From an uncultured Nitrososphaerales archaeon (GTDB lineage Archaea > Thermoproteota > Nitrososphaeria > Nitrososphaerales > Nitrososphaeraceae): 64,000 nucleotides of DNA. This document shows positions 58,596 to 64,000 of this stretch, one piece after another. Below the pieces are notes generated by a model. The model was not told where the DNA came from. It worked only from the letters and a program-made list of their open reading frames with translations, and did not search any database. The position numbers were made by a program, and so were the translations under genes. Position 1 is the first letter of the stretch. The number at the start of each line of letters is the position of its first letter. The stretch spans positions 160,001 through 224,000 of the forward strand of contig CAVQMO010000010.1 of assembly GCA_963713605.1 (NCBI GenBank). Direction: 5' to 3'.

Positions 58596-59076
58596 CTTAG
58601 GACAAGGAGAAAATTCAGATTTCAAAAAGCTAATTCAGCTACGGTGAGCTAAATTTAGCTCGTATAATAGAATATGGTGGTAAGTAGAAGAGTTAGAAGA
58701 GCCGTCGCCTATGTAACTGCTGTAAGGCAACCTCCTCCAGTGGAATAATAAGTAGTAGTAGGCGACAGAGTAAATTGGTGACTGACCCCCGAACTAGAGA
58801 ATATCTTAGACAACTCGCAAAGACTGTAGAGTGTGCTGAAGAGATATGTCAATGTTCACATTGCAGTGTTGAGCGATTGAAAAAGCAAATTACAGCAGAC
58901 GATAAGGATGGAGTCCTTCAATATTTAGGTACGAAAATGTTTGGCGGTACTGATGGTGGAAGAAAAGGTAGGAATTATCCATCTGGGTTTACGACAGAAT
59001 TATGCAAGGATCCAATTTTCTGGAAGTCATGAAGAATCTTTTAGAAAGTTCAAAGTTCAGAAAAGGCTCAAATTGG

Positions 59077-59217
59077 AATTCTGATGGTTCCACCGGTGGA
59101 ACCAGCAGAATTGGGTTTCCTGCCTTTTCTAGATCCTGTTTGACTTGAATAGTACCAATTTGGAATTTCCGCAGTTCTAGGTACCAGAACCACGGGAATT
59201 GGGTTTCCTGCCTTTTC
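59077..59217. repeat. Two diverged units, 88-bp period, each a 36-37-bp palindrome followed by identical GGGTTTCCTGCCTTTTC
   Basis: AATTCTGATGGTTCCACCGGTGGAACCAGCAGAATT (59077-59112) and AATTTCCGCAGTTCTAGGTACCAGAACCACGGGAATT (59164-59200). Confidence 0.85.
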
Positions 59218-59275
59218 CGGCTAGGGCAAATGACTGACTATAAGTATATTCTAGACGCATTGAAATTTTAAGTAA

Positions 59276-60300
59276 CTAACGTAATTTCCTTTCATCTTTA
59301 GCCAGTTTCTTCATATCTTTATAATCAAATTGGACCAAATCTTTAGATGATTTGATTCGGCCTCCGTATTCTCCCGTTTGTACTAATTCTGCGCTGCCAT
59401 CGGGATAATGCTCGACGTTATAAGTACTGATGGATACCTTAACGACTTCTTCTTCAGAACATAATCTATCTATGGTGCTCAGGGGTGTACCGAGGAAGCA
59501 GATAGTCATTCTTTGCTAGTGCGCTTTTTCTTACTTTTACTCTTATGATTGTCACTAGTAGTAGTATTGTTGTTGTTATTACTATCGCTAAGGGCTGTGT
59601 CAATCATGCCCTTCACTTCTTCCGCGGTGACATTTCGCTGCGGTATGTTATTATTATTACCGCCTTCCAATTTCTGCCTTAATGCTAATGCTAACTGTTC
59701 CTCGTCCTTCTGTAATCCATTCTCGTTAATCCATCTTCTTCGTTGTACATCATTTGGAATTGTACCAAAATGGTTCAGTTCGTTATATTCACCATCCCTA
59801 AGATCTTCAAATGTTTCAACTGATATTCTAATACCATTTGAGTGCTCCACTGAAAAATGAGCAGACTGCGAAAGGCCAATTTGCCGTAGTTCATTCATCT
59901 TTTCTTTGGAGAAAGGGATTGAGTAACCGGTTTCAATATTTGCAATGTCTGATACCTCTCGCTGCCTCCTTACCAAAGGCGACCTGTTTTATAGTGTAAA
60001 TAGCCTTGGGTATCGGAAACTTTCCTACGTCGGAGCGGAAAAAATGTTTCACATTCAGTGCTTCATCCAGTCTGTACGAACTCTCTGAATAAGTTATGAA
60101 TTCCTTTTCGCCAGTTTTCACACGTTTGATATCGACTATTTCCTTTTCTCGATGGTGCGTATACTTTTCTAAATCTTCAGTCCTGGTATTTCTGATGTAC
60201 TCTTCATATAATCGGTCAAATACTTCTCTGGGTACTCCAGGCCTAATTTGGAAAATTCGGCTTCGCCCTCTGGTGATTGAATAAAACCGTTTACCATATC
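59276..60300 (-). CDS. Element-associated hypothetical proteins (59276..59509 and a frameshifted gene ~59506..60300)
   Basis: Consecutive minus-strand ORFs 59933..60121 and 59506..59976 appear to be one broken gene. Confidence 0.45.
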
Positions 60301-60353
60301 TATCTAGATTCTTTTTAAGAGTCGGATGTTATTATTATTGACGATATCATATA

Positions 60354-60813
60354 GTGAAGAAAAAGCAGCAAAAATAGTGAGGATATTATAGATCTAAGCA
60401 ATATCAGATCAGACCCGACTACCGAGTTAAAATATATCTGCAAACAGGATAAAGAATTATTGTACCCATATCCCCAGGGACAAATTGAGAACCCATATGC
60501 GGGCCCTTGTTATAGGTGTCCTTCCTGTAATACCGTCTATGATTCATCGCTTGTGAAGCTACCACGTCAACCTAGACCAGTAAATTCCTCTATTGGTGGT
60601 ATTGGAGAAAATCCACTCAAGTGATATTCGAGACAATTAACGAGGATAATATTAAGGGTCTTCAAGAAAGGGAGGATGAATACGACAAATATGATCCTGA
60701 AGAAAATGCCGATGAAACGTTACGATTATCAGGTGCCAAGATCATTAGAGTCAAGGATTGAATTAACTGATTCTTCAGGACATAATCGAACTCTAGTTAA
60801 AAGGACAGAATAG
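60354..60813 (+). CDS. Zinc-ribbon hypothetical protein, frameshifted
   Basis: Manual translation ...PCYRCPSCNTVYDS... followed by an acidic C-terminal part. Confidence 0.45.
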
Positions 60814-60821
60814 TTGAACGA

Positions 60822-61278
60822 ATGAATTCAGAAGTTGAACGTTTGCGGTGGAGGAGAAATAAAATCTTAGAACTATCTAGCGAAGGACATAATCAACATC
60901 AGATAGCCTCTATACTGCAGGTAGCACTAGGCACTGTAAACCGGGATTATCAAATACTGAAGAAGTTAGCGCAGGCCAACATATCCAAGTACCATCAATG
61001 AAACTCTGCCATTGGAATATCAAAAGTGTATGGTAGGCCTAGATGCAATACTTGTGAAAAGCTGGGCAATGGCAAATGATTCTTCAGCAATACACCGGGA
61101 TAAACTACAGGCCTTATCAATTGCAATGCAGGCCTATGAAATGAAGTTAGAATTGTTATCATCGGCCAATGTAGTTGAGAGGGCCGTACATTTTGTAAAT
61201 AAACATAGGGGTTTAACAGTACAAAATAGGGAAGTAGTCATAGATGGTACTACAAAATCTCTCGCGAATCCTAGATAA
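60822..61278 (+). CDS. HTH protein, putative terminase small subunit; frameshift near 60992
   Basis: RWRRNKILELSSEGHNQHQIASILQVALGTVNRD (HTH) then helical ETLPLEYQKC...; overlaps start of the terminase large gene. Confidence 0.6.
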
Positions 61279-62726
61279 GTACGAATTTCAGCTCGGTAGT
61301 ACCTAATCCAGAACAATTTGAATTACTGAAGGGATTACCGTTTTATAACTGGTCACTAAGTGACCAAAGCAAGGACTTCAATCATGTCATAGGTTTACCT
61401 GAAAAGAATGGGCAACCTATGCCATTATTTGACTATGAAAAGTTGCTATTTGACACTTTACAGTCAAATAAACACGTCTGGATAAAGAAGAGCTACAGGC
61501 TTAGGCGTAACTGAATTTATGCTGAGATATATGGCCTGGTTATGCTTTTTTGAGAAAAGCGCTCAAAATACTCAAATGTGCATTGTGACAGGGCCCCGTA
61601 TTGAGCTAGCGATTACACTAATTGACAGAATGAAAAATCTATTTAGGCAAAATATAGATCTCAAAAACACTATTTTTGACACAAAGGAAACTGTCATTGA
61701 ACTCAATGGTGTGCATATTGAGGCCTATCCATCACACCATTTAGACGCGATGCGAGGACTCAAAGATGTGTCATTCATATATTTAGATGAAGCAGACTTC
61801 TTTCCACCTGGTCAGCAGCAAGATGCTCGTGACGTTAGTGAAAGGTACATTGGTAAATCAAACCCTTGGATCGTAATGGTATCCACACCAAATGCTCCAG
61901 AGGGATTATTTGAAAGGATTGAACAGGAGCCCGAAAGTTCATGTCTTTACAAAAGATTATTTCTAGATTATACTTACGGCCTTGACCGCATCTACTGTGA
62001 GGCAGAGATTGCCGCGGCCAAAGCCTCACCTTCATTTGAAAGAGAGTATAATTTAAAATATCTTGGGTTAATTGGGAACGTTTTCCATACCAGAGATATT
62101 GAGGCAGCGATTGAGAAAGGTAGGATTGGACCGACCGTCGGTCCAAACTCATACTACTACACTCAAAAATCTGTGGGCCTAGATCCCGGGTTCGGTAGTA
62201 GTAATTTCGGTGTGTGTATAACTGAGTTGAGAGACGGATTAATTCATGTCTTGCATGCTTCTGAGCATCATAGACCATCATTCAATCAGATGATCGAGAT
62301 CACAATTGACTTGCTCGATAAATATAAAGTAACATTTGAAGGCCGCTCAAGGATATTTGTAGACGGTGCTAATCCATCCTTCATTAGAGCATTGAAGGAA
62401 AGATTGGATGAAGATACAAATTTTGAACATATTACGGCTTACCTTAAGAAACAATATTCATCAATTTATGATCTGAAATTCCTCGAAGAAAATATGATGG
62501 TGATCCCCGTCCCGTTCAATAAGGAGCATAAGCACATGCTGGCCCACTGCAAGGCAATGATGGATATACCACGAATGGTCAAGTTGCTATTAATCCTAAA
62601 CATAGCAAATTAATTACTGCGTTGCGTACCGCTGTGGAGAATGGGGAAGGTATGCTAGATAAGGAAGCAACGAGTCATGATGATTGTTTCGATGCTTTCA
62701 GGATGTCGATGTTATTCTGGCACTAA
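61244..62726 (+). CDS. Terminase large subunit-like ATPase-nuclease, frameshifted
   Basis: Walker A-like WIKK.ATGLGVTE, Walker B FIYLDEADF, coupling motif VSTPN, RNase H-like GLDPGFG, FVDGAN, HDDCFDAFR. Confidence 0.8.
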
Positions 62727-62930
62727 AAAAAGACGCGTGACATTTGTTCCTCACATAATATAATGCTATTGTCCAGCGGACGTTTGGCTGCTGCAACTCT
62801 AACATTTTCTGCTGGTGAAGAAATCGGCATGTATACACTTGATATTTGTAATTTACAGTGATGTTCCAACGATACCCCCGTTTTTTTCATTGTTAATTCT
62901 AGACATCTTTATAAGTTCTACACTTGTAAA

Positions 62931-64000
62931 ATGGCGACAACCTTGACTAAACCGCCTCGCTCTAGCTGGTCTAATTTCTTTCATGACCTCGTAACTGTAG
63001 ATTTTCATCAAACAGATATCAACACTGGTGTGAGGATTGCCGCAATATTGGTAATCATAACAGTAGTAGGGTTGATCACCGGCCATGCTGCTGAGTCAGG
63101 TCTTGTCACGTTAGGAACATTGTTTGTGCTGATAGTAGATCAACTTCCTCATAAAGGTACGCGAACACGCTTCCTGCTGACAGTTTCCATACTATGGGCA
63201 TCAATTTTCGCCATCGGCATGGTCATAAGCATGAGCGATAACCTTGTCACTACCGCTCTGTGGCCTTGGATTATTCATCATAGCATACTTCACGGTATAT
63301 CCAAAAGCCTTCGGGACCATGTATTTAGCCAGCTTTATGTATGTCGTTGCAATTAGTTCTCAAGGTGCTACCCTACGCTCTAGCTGGCCAGAGCTTCTTG
63401 CTAATTTTTGTAGGTGGACTGTGGGGTATAGTAGGTGGCATCATCTTTCTGGCCCGTAAAACCCCGAAGCAACAAAGTACTGTAACAGCAGATCCTATCC
63501 AAGAACCTCTTCAACCTCAGTTGACCTGGCAAGACAGATTCAGACCTCTGACAAGCAATCTATCCGTTCACTCTAAACATTTCCAATATGCAATCTTTTT
63601 TGCAATTACAGGTGCAGTTGGCATGCTGATTATTCAATGGTTTAAGCTACAGGAGGGAGACTGGGTTTTGATATCCGTAATAGTCATACAGTCAGTGATA
63701 TCATATTCGGAAATTTCTTTGACTCTTAGAAAAGTAGTCCACCGTATTGTAGGTACTATAATAGGTGGAATAATCGCCCTGATAATAATTGAGAGTGTTT
63801 TTCAAAATATATGGTTACTGTTTTTATTATTCCTCATTTTCACAGTCACTTGCGCCTCATTCGCAAAGATGACAAAAAAGAATTACGCCTTTTTTGTCAT
63901 CTTTATGACCGTTACATTACTTCTTTTTGAAGAAATCTCATACCCAACAACAGACCCGACAGCTGCACCTTTAGAAAGGATCCAGAACATTTTCATAGGT
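62931..64000 (+). CDS. FUSC/aromatic-acid exporter-like membrane protein, frameshifted, runs off window end
   Basis: Many TM segments; HFQYAIFFAI, WVLISVIVI, HRIVGTIIGG, KKNYAFFVIFMT, ERIQNIFIG. Confidence 0.7.

Larger units (their letters stand above)
57430..62726. mobile_element. Degenerate integrated element (provirus/satellite-like) with terminase pair
   Basis: Integrase fragment, ParB-MTase, palindromic repeats and TerS/TerL between msrB and the FUSC gene; boundaries approximate, no att sites identified. Confidence 0.6.

Noticed and set aside
59077..59217. CRISPR array or tRNA
   Set aside because: Two units only, the variable part is itself palindromic, and there is no cloverleaf or T-loop consensus.

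Overview
AT-rich archaeal DNA whose gene content (TRAM RNA chaperone, F420/PPOX and LLM oxidoreductases, class III cyclase, sensor-kinase-like N-terminal domains, many secreted hypotheticals) points to a soil ammonia-oxidising archaeon of the Nitrososphaeraceae (Nitrosocosmicus-like). This assignment is inferred from family recognition by eye; no database search was run. Coding density is low, there are many gene relics, and many otherwise conserved genes are broken by single-base frameshifts, probably partly long-read indel errors. Recognisable genes include an adenylate/guanylate cyclase, a DAG-kinase-like protein, DUF488, a CDF transporter, DJ-1/PfpI, a tautomerase, two methyltransferases, a flavin reductase, an alpha/beta hydrolase, a GC-rich CoA-transferase III relic, a patatin-aldehyde dehydrogenase-pyruvate kinase-patatin cluster, LLM+HxlR, an Hrq1/MrfA-like helicase, msrB-msrA and a FUSC-like exporter. 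The most notable items are: (i) a ~5.3 kb integrated element relic (57.4-62.7 kb) with an integrase fragment, a ParB-like/DNA methyltransferase, a twin palindromic 88-bp-period repeat and a terminase small+large pair but no portal or capsid gene; (ii) a candidate switch-like structured leader at ~37.24-37.38 kb; (iii) a duplicated 58-aa zinc-finger microprotein with a conserved upstream region; (iv) several further unannotated CxxC microproteins. No rRNA, tRNA or CRISPR array was recognised.
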